Assembly (NCBI GenBank): GCA_051362555.1 | Contig: CM120644.1 | Location: 24,946,534 to 25,010,533 of the forward strand | Source of the DNA: Lingula anatina | Taxonomy: Eukaryota; Animalia; Brachiopoda | DNA: 64,000 bases | Direction: 5' to 3' | Shown here: one piece after another, positions 10,001-20,800 of the stretch | How the letters are laid out: each line of letters begins with the position of its first letter | Position numbering within the stretch: the first letter of the stretch is position 1 | Made by a program: the position numbers and the translations under genes | The notes under the pieces: generated by a model | The model's input: only the letters and a program-made list of their open reading frames with translations | Database searches by the model: none | What the model was told of the DNA's origin: nothing

Positions 10001-11726
10001 TGAGGTCACATGTTGACCTGCTGGTCTGGTCCACTGCTCTGAGGTCACATGTTGACCTGCTGGTATGGTCTACTGCTCTGAGGTCACATGTTGACCTGCT
10101 GGTCTGGTCTACTGCTCTGAGGTCACATGTTGACCTGCTGGTCTGGTTGAGTGCTCTGAGGTCACATGTTGACCTGCTGGTCTGGTCTACTGCTCTGAGG
10201 TCACATGTTGACCTGCCGGTCTGGTTGAGCGCTCTGAGGTCACATGTTGACCTGCTGGTTTGGTCCACTGCTCTGAGCTCACATGTTGACCTGCTGGTCT
10301 GATCGAGTGCTCTGAGGTCACATGTTGACCTGCTGGTCTGGTCTACTGCTCTGAGGTCACATGTTGACCTGCTGGTATGGTCTACTGCTCTGAGGTCACA
10401 TGTTGACCTGCTGGTCTGGTCGAGTGCTCTGAGGTCACATGTTGACCTGCTGGTCTGGTCTACTGCTCTGAGGTCACATGTTGACCTGCTGGTCTGGTTG
10501 AGCACTCTGAGGTCACATGTTGACCTGCTGGTTTGGTCCACTGCTCTGAGGTCACATGTTGACCTGCTGGTCTGGTCCACTGCTCTGAGGTCACATGTTG
10601 ACCTGCTGGTATGGTCTACTGCTCTGAGCTCACATGTTGACCTGCTGGTCTGGTCGAGTGCTCTGAGGTCACATGTTGACCTGCTGGTCTGGTCTACTGC
10701 TCTGAGGTCACATGTTGACCTGCTGGTCTGGTTGAGCGCTCTGAGGTCACATGTTGACCTGCTGGTTTGGTCCACTGCTCTGAGGTCACATGTTGACCTG
10801 CTGGTCTGGTCGAGTACTCGGAGGTCACATGTTGACCTGCTGGTCTGATCCACTGCTCTGAGGTCACGTGTTGACCTGCTGGTCTGGTCCACTGCTGTGA
10901 GGTAACATGTTGACCTGCTGGTCTGACCCACTGCTCTGAGGTCACATGTTGACCTGCTGGTCTGGAATACTGTTTGGAGGTCATATGTTGACCTGCTAAA
11001 GATCAGTATTTCAAGTGGATCAAGCTTTTACACACAAGCTACTTGGCTATTCTAGCAAAACGTGAAATTTTATGGTGCACACATTTGGAAGCATTGTACA
11101 GAAGAAATAAGTCTGTGTTGAGATTTAAAAGTCAAAAAGCAATTATAATGTCCTCTTAATATCTTAAAAGAATGGCTGTTTTTTGGTCAGTGGCACTATT
11201 TATTTAAAACTGTTGTAGTTTTAAATTTGAGAAACTGATTCTTTCTATCCAGGTAAGAAGCTGAACGGGCTGCACACCACCTCTCTGAACACACCAGCCA
11301 GTAACTTCTGTCAACTCCTCCAGGAGATAGCGGAGGAACAGTGCTTTGAGGTCACCTATGTTGACCTGCAGGAGCTCAGTAACAAAGGTAGGTCACTTTA
11401 TGTTGACCTGTAGGAACTCAGTCATAAAGGTAGGTCACATCATTCAGCTGAGAAGCAGTACTTTGAGGTCACATGTTGACTTGCTGGAGCTCAGTAATAA
11501 AGGTCACTTCCTGGTTGAGAAAATATGATTATCTCTCTCTCTCTCTCTCTTCTCTAGGTAATCACCAGTGTTTTCTCTATTTCCAGGCAATCGTCAGTGT
11601 TTGGTGCAGCTGTCCACCATGCCAGTCGCTGTGTGTCACGGCAGCGGACCCACATCTGATGAATGCCATGCCAACGCAGCCCACAATGCATTGCAGTATC
11701 TGAAGATCATGACCAAGAAGGCGTAG
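7052..11726 (+). CDS. TARBP2: dsRNA-binding RISC-loading protein of the TARBP2/PRKRA/loquacious family, ~345 aa, 3 dsRBDs; exons 7052-7162, 7450-7570, 7825-7927, 8717-8898, 9372-9499, 9737-9854, 11253-11387, 11587-11726
   Basis: In-phase exons give KTPISLLQE...EGAVHEPTFVF...GPSKKKAKHNAA (dsRBD1), NPIGELQE...GPPHAREFV...GKSKKKAKRNAA (dsRBD2), LLQEIAEEQ...CLVQLSTMPVAVCHGSG...AAHNALQYLKIM (dsRBD3). An invertebrate gene would be co-orthologous to TARBP2 and PRKRA. Confidence 0.92.
7901..8093 (+). repeat. 80-bp tandem repeat copying the end of exon 7825-7927 and its donor
   Basis: TGATACTGTAGTATATGAACCCCCTCA|GTAAGT occurs with donor GT at 7928, 8008 and 8088. Confidence 0.93.
8385..8640 (+). mobile_element. 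Short Helentron-type non-autonomous element
   Basis: ACCTTCGCCAAAGAGGTTATG start, (TTTG/TCTG)n tract, CCTTGGCGGAGGT subterminal inverted repeat and GCGCTCTCTGAGTGC 3' hairpin, in a T-rich site. Confidence 0.75.
9863..10997. repeat. 39-bp intronic minisatellite, about 29 copies
   Basis: Unit CTGCTGGTCTGGTCCACTGCTCTGAGGTCACATGTTGAC; accounts for the 13-aa repeat ORFs. Confidence 0.96.
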
Positions 11727-14276
11727 TGAGGGGGCTTCGATAATCGTGTCACTAAAATGGTAGACTTTGGTCTTTAAATAAAGCTGGAAGATGTCCTGAT
11801 ATCTAGAGTTTAGCATGAATCTAGCATGGATTTTTATTCCTGGGATGATGTGTAAATCTAGGTCAGGGTCAGGTAATGGCTGGATCAAGGTCAGGTCATA
11901 TCTGGGTCAAGGTCAGGCCATGTTCAAGGTCAAAGTTCAATTTCTACCCTATAGGTGACATTGTTATTGAAGCAGGCTTGGTGGGCTGAGGAAACTGCTA
12001 TGTACAACGCTTTTCAATCTGCTTTGTACATCATTTTTCTCATATTTTTTTTTATTAACGTTATTTGAATGATTGTGACTATATATTAGTATTTTGTTGT
12101 TATATATGAATGTATAGAGGTTGAAAAAGAGACTCTTACAGCTTTTAAAACTGCAAGTGTAGTGAAATTGCATAAGTCAATGTTATTAACTGTTGTTGCA
12201 TGTTTTCAGTTTTAAATTTTTTCTCTCAAATGCAATTGCACCTTGCTTGTAGATGCAAGCCTGCATTTGTTCAAGTATAATGGTGCTTTATAAGGCAGTT
12301 ATACCCTTTTTAGATAAATAAGAATGGGAACTAGAATTAAGTTGTCAATTCACCTTGAGAAAAAGGTCTGTTCAGTTTTACTGTCTCCCTTTCAGCTGTT
12401 GTAATAATAATCATGTAGTTATTGGTAGTAATAAGTGAGGTGTGTGTGAGGCAGTGAAGTGTTAATGTGTCCCTGGGGCTCAGGATGGTCACATACTCTG
12501 TGCTGAAATATTGATTATAATTGAAATAAAAATTATGTATGTAATTTCTTTAAAATGTTTATAAAAGAGATGGATGTAGAGAGCCAAAATTGATGAGGTG
12601 TTCATAATGAAATCAGTTTGTGGGTAATCAGAATTTACAATAATGTTGACTTGGAAACATTTTGAACTTAAAAAAAAAAGCTGTCCATAGAATGTGTAGT
12701 TTTGGTGGTACAGTGTTTGAACTAGACCAGTGTTGTTGATATTAAGAATGGAAAGGCACACTTCATGTTTGTTCTGTTGTGCACACTGTGTGCTGAAGGT
12801 TAGATAGGACAGTCACACTTGTAATTGAACTTCACAGCTAGGCTATATATCCAAGGCTTTATCTTCATGTAGTCTAGGGATGCTGTCCAGAATGGTTGGT
12901 AACATTGCCTCTTTCCACTAGGATTTGTGTCACAGTCAGTAGTTTTAGTTGGTTTATACAGTGTAATTTGAGCAGAATCACAGTTTTGTTTATTTTATCT
13001 GTGAGGACATTTCTGAGTTACACAATACACTTTCACTGAAATACAGTTGATATTATTCTTCATGTTGATTTCCCCTACTGAATAATTTGATGATATTAGC
13101 ATGCCGGCTTGGGCTCCATAACTCGAAAGCATCACGGATTGCGAATAGTGATATCACCTTTTATTTCAAGGCTATTATATGGGGCGAGTTATGGAATCAA
13201 GACACTTGCGCTCGGTCGCAGTGCATGATGCTTTCAAGTAACAGGGCAAGGTGTGAGTAGGTCAGCTGCTAAGACTGGGGTGCCAGGAGCTGATTGTCGC
13301 TGTAGATGCATGTGATATATAGTGTGATGTGATAAATGTGCTTAGTTTTGTATATACACAGGGACTTTTGTCAAGCAGCCTATGTCATATTTTTTGTATA
13401 TATAAAGTCCTCACCTTTTTCATGCAGATGTATTTTTTTTTTTTTATTTCCCACTCATTTGGAGCTTTTTTGTATCTAGTTTAAAGGAAGCAAATATGCT
13501 TTTCGAAAATGTTTCAAAAGTTTTGTGTTCTGTAGAGACTAGCCATTTCCATCTTAGTTTACTATTTAACAAAATGCTTTGTGACCTGTAACTGCGTCTG
13601 TATTGTGCATCCCATGTGGAAATCAGCAGAAACTTTGTGTAGAGCAGTTGTTATGGGCAATAAATACAGAATTGAGAAGGAAAGTTTATATAATTTTCTT
13701 TTGATATTTGTTCTCCTTTCTAAAAACAGTTTTGCGGATTTAGTAAATAAATGGAATTGAGTTGATATTGTTGGGACCTTCTACAATTTTCAAGCAGTAA
13801 GGCTATTATACAAATAGTCTCAAATGTAAGAAAAAACTAAAGTTAGTCTATCAATTTTTACTGGGAGTTATTTTTGTGCGTGGAGCAAAACGTGAATGAC
13901 TTGTACAAATGGGCAGTGATGCACTTCATTATGCTTGGAAAAGAGAGAAGGTGAAATCTTGAGGAACAATAAAATATAAGATATTTTCTTTCTCACTTAT
14001 TTTTACTTGGGGGGGATTGAAATGGACACTGGCTTTATTGGAAACAAGATATTCCTGCCACAATTTGGTGAGATGTCAACATGGTCATATCTCGCTTTGA
14101 TTTGCCACTGCTGTGATTAATGTCAAAAAGAGACCAATAGGAGCACCATAGGTTTTTGAAGCTTTAAGAGGGAAATTTTATTAAAAAATAAATATCTGAA
14201 CACAATACTGAATTATAGGCAACTGAAGGAGCATTCGAAACATTATGATCAGTTACCATTCCAGTGGCGTTATTTA

Positions 14277-14952
14277 TACACTCTGGACATCGTGTTACAT
14301 TCTAAACATGTTAGAAAGTAATTTTAATTAAGTATTTTAGGTATTTCAGCTGCATTATGTTTGAATTCTTTATATTTCAAACCATCATTGGCAGCCATAA
14401 CGGGAGCAGTTGACTGCATTTGAGTTCGCTTCATATATCATTCGAGGCACCTTACATACTTCAGTCTGTATTTGGCCAGCAGTCAAACCACACTCGTATG
14501 GCATTTGAATTTCATTTGGGATATTCTGACTGCAATTTGAAATCCCCTCCTGATTATGACACAAAATTTTCAATTAATTAATTAATTAATTCTGGCTGGA
14601 ACTGCTTGATTCCTGCTGGTTCCGAATAAGTGTGACGGGGGCCTTAAGTCACATGTCAGTTTGAATATCCCTCAAATGTGATCAGAATGTTTCAAATGTT
14701 GCCAGAATGCCGTGAGAATATTTAAAATGCAGTTTATAGTGTACATAGATTACTATTCAAATGCCATTCAATAATTATCCACTTGAAATGCACTTCAAAC
14801 GTTTTTAACATTCAGGCCGACCACAAGAATGTGTAAAACTATTTGAAATGCAATTGGAATTTTTAGAATGCTCTTTGAATATCCAGGAATGCACAAAGAA
14901 TTGTCTTTCCCACAGCATTCTTGTTCATTCTGCCTCTAGTGTGACAGGGGTA
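14277..14952. mobile_element. Degraded PIF/Harbinger-like MITE
   Basis: Imperfect inverted ends TACACTCTGGACA / TGTGACAGGGGTA with TTA/TAA flanks; internal GTGTGACGGGGGCCTTA. Confidence 0.35.
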
Positions 14953-15093
14953 TAATGTATGCCAACAAATCTTTTTAACTTCATTTAAGTACGTGTGAAT
15001 ATAATGCTTCCACAGTCCACAGCCTAAATAAACCTTATCATAATAATCTCCTGCTCCTGCTCAAATAAGTTTTGAGCCTCAATACTTTTGCAA

Positions 15094-15126
<33 letters not shown>

Positions 15127-15394
15127 TCTATTACCAATAAAATTATTTATCATAAAAGTTAAAACCATTTTATTTAAAATCATGCTTAATTAAATTTACC
15201 CAAACATTAGTTATTTGATCATATCATATTCTGTTTATATGAAATTACTCATTCTTGTCATATGACAAAAAATTGGATTAACAATAAAAAATAAAGTAAC
15301 ATGACATAATGTCCATTCCCTCCAGTAAATATAACTAGAATTTAACGTAATATATAATAGTTGCATTAATTGGTTATATACTAGTACTTTATAA

Positions 15395-18282
15395 TTGTAC
15401 CACCAGCGTTAGCGCTGGCGGTACACATGGTTTCGGTCCCGTCCGGATCGTTCCGCCGGCTCCGCCGGACGGCTACCGTTACCGCTTCTCCTAGACGGTA
15501 ATGGCCCCCATACCCATCTCATGGATTTAGGTCACCTATAATCTCAACTCGTTCCACGTAAAATCTGGGCTTTGTCGGTATTGGGGTCTGGGTGTGGCAC
15601 TCATTACAGTGCACCCTTGTCTAAAAATGGCAAAATTAAATGCTAATTATCTACCCTACAGAAGGAGTAATGGGAAAAATTTCTATAGACGGCTTTCCAA
15701 AAGTCATATGTGTAGATTTCAAATATACCCTTGGATTTAACCTTTGACCTTTACTTCAAGGTCAAATGGGCCAAAATTTTCAAAAAAATGAAATTTTTTA
15801 CGAAAAAAAATTTTTTTGCCCTGTTATTCAGACACTACACAGACTTAACCAATAATATTATTGGAAAGTGTTACCCTTCAGGTCATCTTTCATCTCCATG
15901 AATTTGGGGTCAATCGGTGCATTTTCACGGGAGTAGCGGCCATAAGATACCGAAACTGAAAACTGTCTCTAATTCGGGAACCGTTAATGCTAGAGACCCA
16001 TTCTTTTTTGCATTTTGTAGAGCATGTAAAGCCCAACACTGGAGGTGGTCTCGGTTTTTTTGTATTCCATACGGTTTTCGAGTTACGCTGTATCAAAAAG
16101 TACATATTGGTGGTAAAAGCAAAATGTGCAGTACGGTAATGGATAATAAATTTTGAACTCTGGAAAAATAAAACATAAGGCTTGACAAAGCAGACAACTT
16201 GTGTTCAAAAATGACATTATTTCATTAAATTTGAACTTCTGAAACTTCAGAGCACCTCCTATTTCAAGAATTTTGACCAAAATGACATTTTCTTTATTTT
16301 AATTAATTTTTTCTGTACGAAATTTAAGGCACATTATGGTAACTCCAAAATTATAACATTTAGCCCCTTATATCTCCAAAACTGGCAGAGATAGGTCCAT
16401 AGTTACTATTGAAGTTGAATAGGAAGTCATATACTGGCAATCTTACTGTGACTTTGAAATTGACCTTTGACCTACTTTTCACCATGAACTGAACTTTGCA
16501 AATTTTGCTTCCCTTTTATCTCCAAAACTGGCTGAGATAGGTCCATAGTTAGTATTGAACTTGAATAGAAAGTCATATACTGGTAATTTAAATGTGACCT
16601 TGAAATTGACCTTTGACCTACTTTTCACCATGAATTGAACTTTGCAAATTTTGCTTTCCTTTTATCTCCAAAACTGGCAGAGATAGGTCCGTAGTTAATA
16701 TTGAACTTGAATAGGAAGTCATATACTGGCAATCAAAATGTGACCTTAAAATTGACCTTTGACCTACTTTTCACCATGAATTGAACTTTGCAAATTTTGC
16801 TTTCCTTTTATCTCCAAAACTGGCAGAGATAGGTCCGTAGTTACTATTGAACTTGAATAGGAAGTCATATACTGGCAATCTATATGTGACCTTAAAATTG
16901 ACCTTTGACCTACTTTTCACCATGAACTAACTTTGCAAATTTTTCTTCCCTTTTATCTCCAAAACTGGCAGAGATAGGTCCATAGTTACTATTGAACTTG
17001 AATAGGAAGTCATATACTGGCAATCTAAATGTGACCTTAAAATTGACCTTTGACCTACTTTTCACCATGAATTGAACTTTGCAAATTTTGCTTTCCTTTT
17101 ATCTCCAAAACTGGCAGAGATAGGTCCGTAGTTACTATTGAACTTGAATAGGAAGTCATATACTGGCAATCTATATGTGACCTTAAAATTGACCTTTGAC
17201 CTACTTTTCACCATGAACTAACTTTGCAAATTTTTCTTCCCTTTTATCTCCAAAACTGGCAGAGATAGGTCCATAGTTACTATTGAACTTGAATAGGAAG
17301 TCATATACTGGCAATCTAAATGTGACCTTAAAATTGACCTTTGACCTACTTTTCACCATGAACTGAATTTTGCAAATTTTGCTTTTCTTTTATCTCCAAA
17401 ACTGGCTGAGATAGGTCCATAGTTAGTATTGAACTTGAATAGAAAGTCATATACTGGCAATCTAAATGTGACCTTGAAATTGACCTTTGACCTACTTTTC
17501 ACCATGAATTGAACTTTGCAAATTTTGCTTTCCTTTTATCTCCAAAACTGGCAGAGATAGGTCCGTAGTTACTATTGAACTTGAATAGGAAGTCATATAC
17601 TGGCAATCTAAATGTGACCTTAAAATTGACCTTTGACCTACTTTACACCATGAACTGAATTTTGCAAATTTTGCTTTTCTTTTATCTCCAAAACTGGCTG
17701 AGATAGGTCCGTAGTTTCTATTGAACTTGAATAGAAAGTCATATACTGGCAATCTAAATGTGACCTTAAAATTGACCTTTGACCTACTTTTCACCATAAA
17801 CTGAACTTTGCCAATTTTGCTTCCCTTTTATCTCCAAAACTGGCAGAGATAGGTCCGTAGTTACTATTGAACTTGAATAGGAAGTCATATACTGGCAATC
17901 TAAATGTGACCTTAAAATTGACCTTTGACCTACTTTTCACCATGAACTGAACTTTGCAAATTTTGCTTTCCTTTTATCTCCAAAACTGGCAGAGATAGGT
18001 CCATAGTTACTCTTGAACTTGAATAGGAAGTCATATACTGGCAATTTACTGTGACCTTGAAATTGACCCTTGACCTATCTTACGAAGAACTTAAATTTGA
18101 TTGTACCATATATATTTTTTGCAAAAGTTTAAAAATTCTTGTTGATTGCATTTTTACAGCTTGTCAAGCACAAAACTGGTGGCTGTGTCCCTTATTTTGT
18201 GTATGTGGGGGTCTATACGAATGCGCTTGCTCCAGCTGGTGGTACAATATTCGGAGGCGGTATCGCCTCTCTGATCCTCTAG
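15395..18282 (+). mobile_element. Second, inverted copy of the Helentron-type element with about 12 units of the ~146-bp satellite (about 16380-18080)
   Basis: Starts TTGTACCACCAGCGTTAGCGCTGGCGGTAC and ends GAGGCGGTATCGCCTCTCTGATCCTCTAG, flanked by AA and TT; reverse complement of 1478-4115. Confidence 0.87.
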
Positions 18283-19130
18283 TTAATACTCCTTCTGTTC
18301 TTTAATACATCCTGCAAGAAAACGCAGCAGATACTCCAGCGCAGTAGACTACTGCAATCATACTGCAAACCGCAGTAGACTACTGCAATCATACTGCAAA
18401 CATGCTTCAAATCTGCTTCGATTTGGGAGCTAATTAGCATATTTGAAACATGCTCATATCATGCTGCTAATCTACTGCATTAATGCTCCTCTCTGTACAA
18501 ACCTATGCACTTTTTGGAGTAGAATTGCAGTAGGCTATGCTGCATTTCTACTGCAAATATGCTCCGCACCACTACTGCGTTGATACTTCGATACTACTGC
18601 ACTTTCGTGCGGGAAAAAACAAACTCTGTCTGTTACTGTTATATTAAACTTCGCATCTTATGTGTAAACTACTGTTTGAGTTATCTTAAAGAAATACAGG
18701 TACGGGCGAATGCTTATTCTAGAATGCTGACCAAGCACTTAATGCACTAGAACAATTAATCATCCATCTGGTAATCATTATCTTATTTTACCTTAAATTT
18801 TATGAATCCATTAAAATATGTTTAAGCATACATATATACAGTTTCTGTTAATAAGTTGCCATTCAGTCAAAAACTAAGCACAAATAATTATGAAGCAACA
18901 TAACATTATACTTACAAAAACAAATGTTGGTCATTTGTTTACCAATACAATCCTATCATACAATAAAACTGTCTGTTAGATTCTACTCAATTTATAAGTA
19001 ACAGTGAAGCATCTTCAGTTCATTATGTTAAAATGTACCATTTAAAACCCATTACCCATTACTGACCAATGCTATCTTAATCTAAAAATACTCACTTCCC
19101 ATTTCATCCTGTTACAAACAAACCAAAAAT

Positions 19131-19133
<3 letters not shown>

Positions 19134-19184
<51 letters not shown>
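19134..19184. repeat. (TA)n microsatellite
   Basis: About 25 TA units. Confidence 0.95.
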
Positions 19185-19188
<4 letters not shown>

Positions 19189-19719
19189 TTAATATATCAA
19201 TTTCATATTATTTGTCAATCACAGTATAAATTTATGTTTAATTTTTCATTTGGTACTGTTATGTAAAAAAGTACTCTTTTTGGGGGCATGAGAAAAAACC
19301 TAAATAAATTAACACTTTTTTCACATTTGCATTGGTTGTTTCTCCTTGACTTTACCAATGCCCCAGCTTCACATATTTAACAATATAAACAGCATTAATT
19401 TGGTAATATCAATAATAATGAAAGAAACAAGGCAATATGCATCCCAAAATTTCCGTGTACCAATCATTTTGAGCAAGAGTATCAAAAAAATTATGAAAAA
19501 TTAAACATGAATTTATATATACATATAAGTGAAAATACATGCAAAGATATGTGAATATAAAAAATGCTTGTTATAATATTAATAAGCTCATTAAGTTCTA
19601 TTTTAGCTGAATAATAAATTAATAATTAATTACAGTTATAAACGTTGTTTAATAGTGTAACAAACAATATCTAGAAAGTTGCAAAAAATACTAATTCCAT
19701 ATTATTTCTAAATATGGCA

Positions 19720-20380
19720 TTTAGGCAAATAATATGGCATAAGCAAATTACTAATAAAATTTTACTAAATGTAACGAAAATTAGGCACAATGAAACAAGT
19801 GCAGAAAAAGCAAGCATTTGAGTAAACCATCCCCCTTTTGTTTATTTACATGTTTTATTTACTCATAGAAAATAATGTAGTCCCTTTTGGCTGCCTCTGC
19901 CACTTTATCAAGTCTTAAACATATTTGTGAATCATGGGCTAAAAATTCTGTTGTGTTGTGTTGTGTTCAAATAATTTTAGTTTAGGAATAGATATGTGAG
20001 TTTTTTCCTAAAACATTGTGTTTCCTAAAATGTCAGAATAATTTTGAAGGTCAAAAAATTTATTCAAGACTGCTAAATTTACTGGAAATAATATGTTGGT
20101 ATCATTTTCTTGCATACATGTATATGAATCTAACAAAATATTTTGAATGCTACAATTGCATGGTATCTTCTTTATACAAAATTCACACCCTTTTGATAGA
20201 ATCGTTTTGTTTGAACATTTCATTGTGATATTATTCTTGTTGATAACTATAATATTTGATTTGAATGAATGGGTATTATGACTAGTTTTACTTGGTTTGG
20301 TAACATACTGAAGTTACACATCTCATGAATTTTCCTTCTGTCATTGTTCATCAGAGCTATTACTCAATGTAATTCTACGT
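19720..20380 (-). pseudogene. Relic of an env-like ORF of an LTR retroelement
   Basis: Broken frames read VIALMNNDRRKIHEMCNFSMLP..., CSNKTILSKGCEFCIKKIPCNCSI...FPVNLAVLNKFF and a hydrophobic WFTQMLAFSALVSLCLIFVTF segment; family assigned from memory of invertebrate Gypsy env-like proteins. Confidence 0.5.
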
Positions 20381-20800
20381 GAATTTTTTGTATTTGCAAA
20401 TTGACAATTTTGTTTAATCCCAAGAAAGCTACCTTGAAGATTTCACTCCCATATCAAACTTTTTGTAGCAAAAATAAGCGTAATTCTAATTAATACGTTT
20501 TTCAATTAATGAACACCAGCAATATATACAATACACAAAAGGAATTTGAATGACACAACTGTGCTATATACATACAAATATTAAGAATACAAATAATAAA
20601 ATCAATTATTGAAATCTGCCAGTGCGGCGAGCAATGATGGACACGTGAAACAAGAACACAAAACGAGTTCTCAAAATCACTACAGCAATCAAAAATCTGA
20701 ACAATACCTGCTACAAAAATGATGACCTAATGTCTGTTTTGAGATAGAATCCACTATCAAATGTACATGTCTTATGTCTGTGTACTTTAGCAGTTCAGTA

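Noticed and set aside
9840-10931. 363-aa repetitive ORF (RAVDQTSRSTCDL)n
   Set aside because: Product of a 39-bp (multiple of 3) intronic minisatellite read antisense to a real gene; no independent gene signals
1478-18282. One giant composite transposon bounded by 2.6-2.9 kb inverted repeats
   Set aside because: Each copy has its own complete ends and insertion site, and the left copy lies inside an intact ERCC3 intron
18300-18612. ACTACTGCA-rich segment ending TTCGTGCGGG as a transposon end
   Set aside because: Only one possible terminus is visible; no partner end or target duplication
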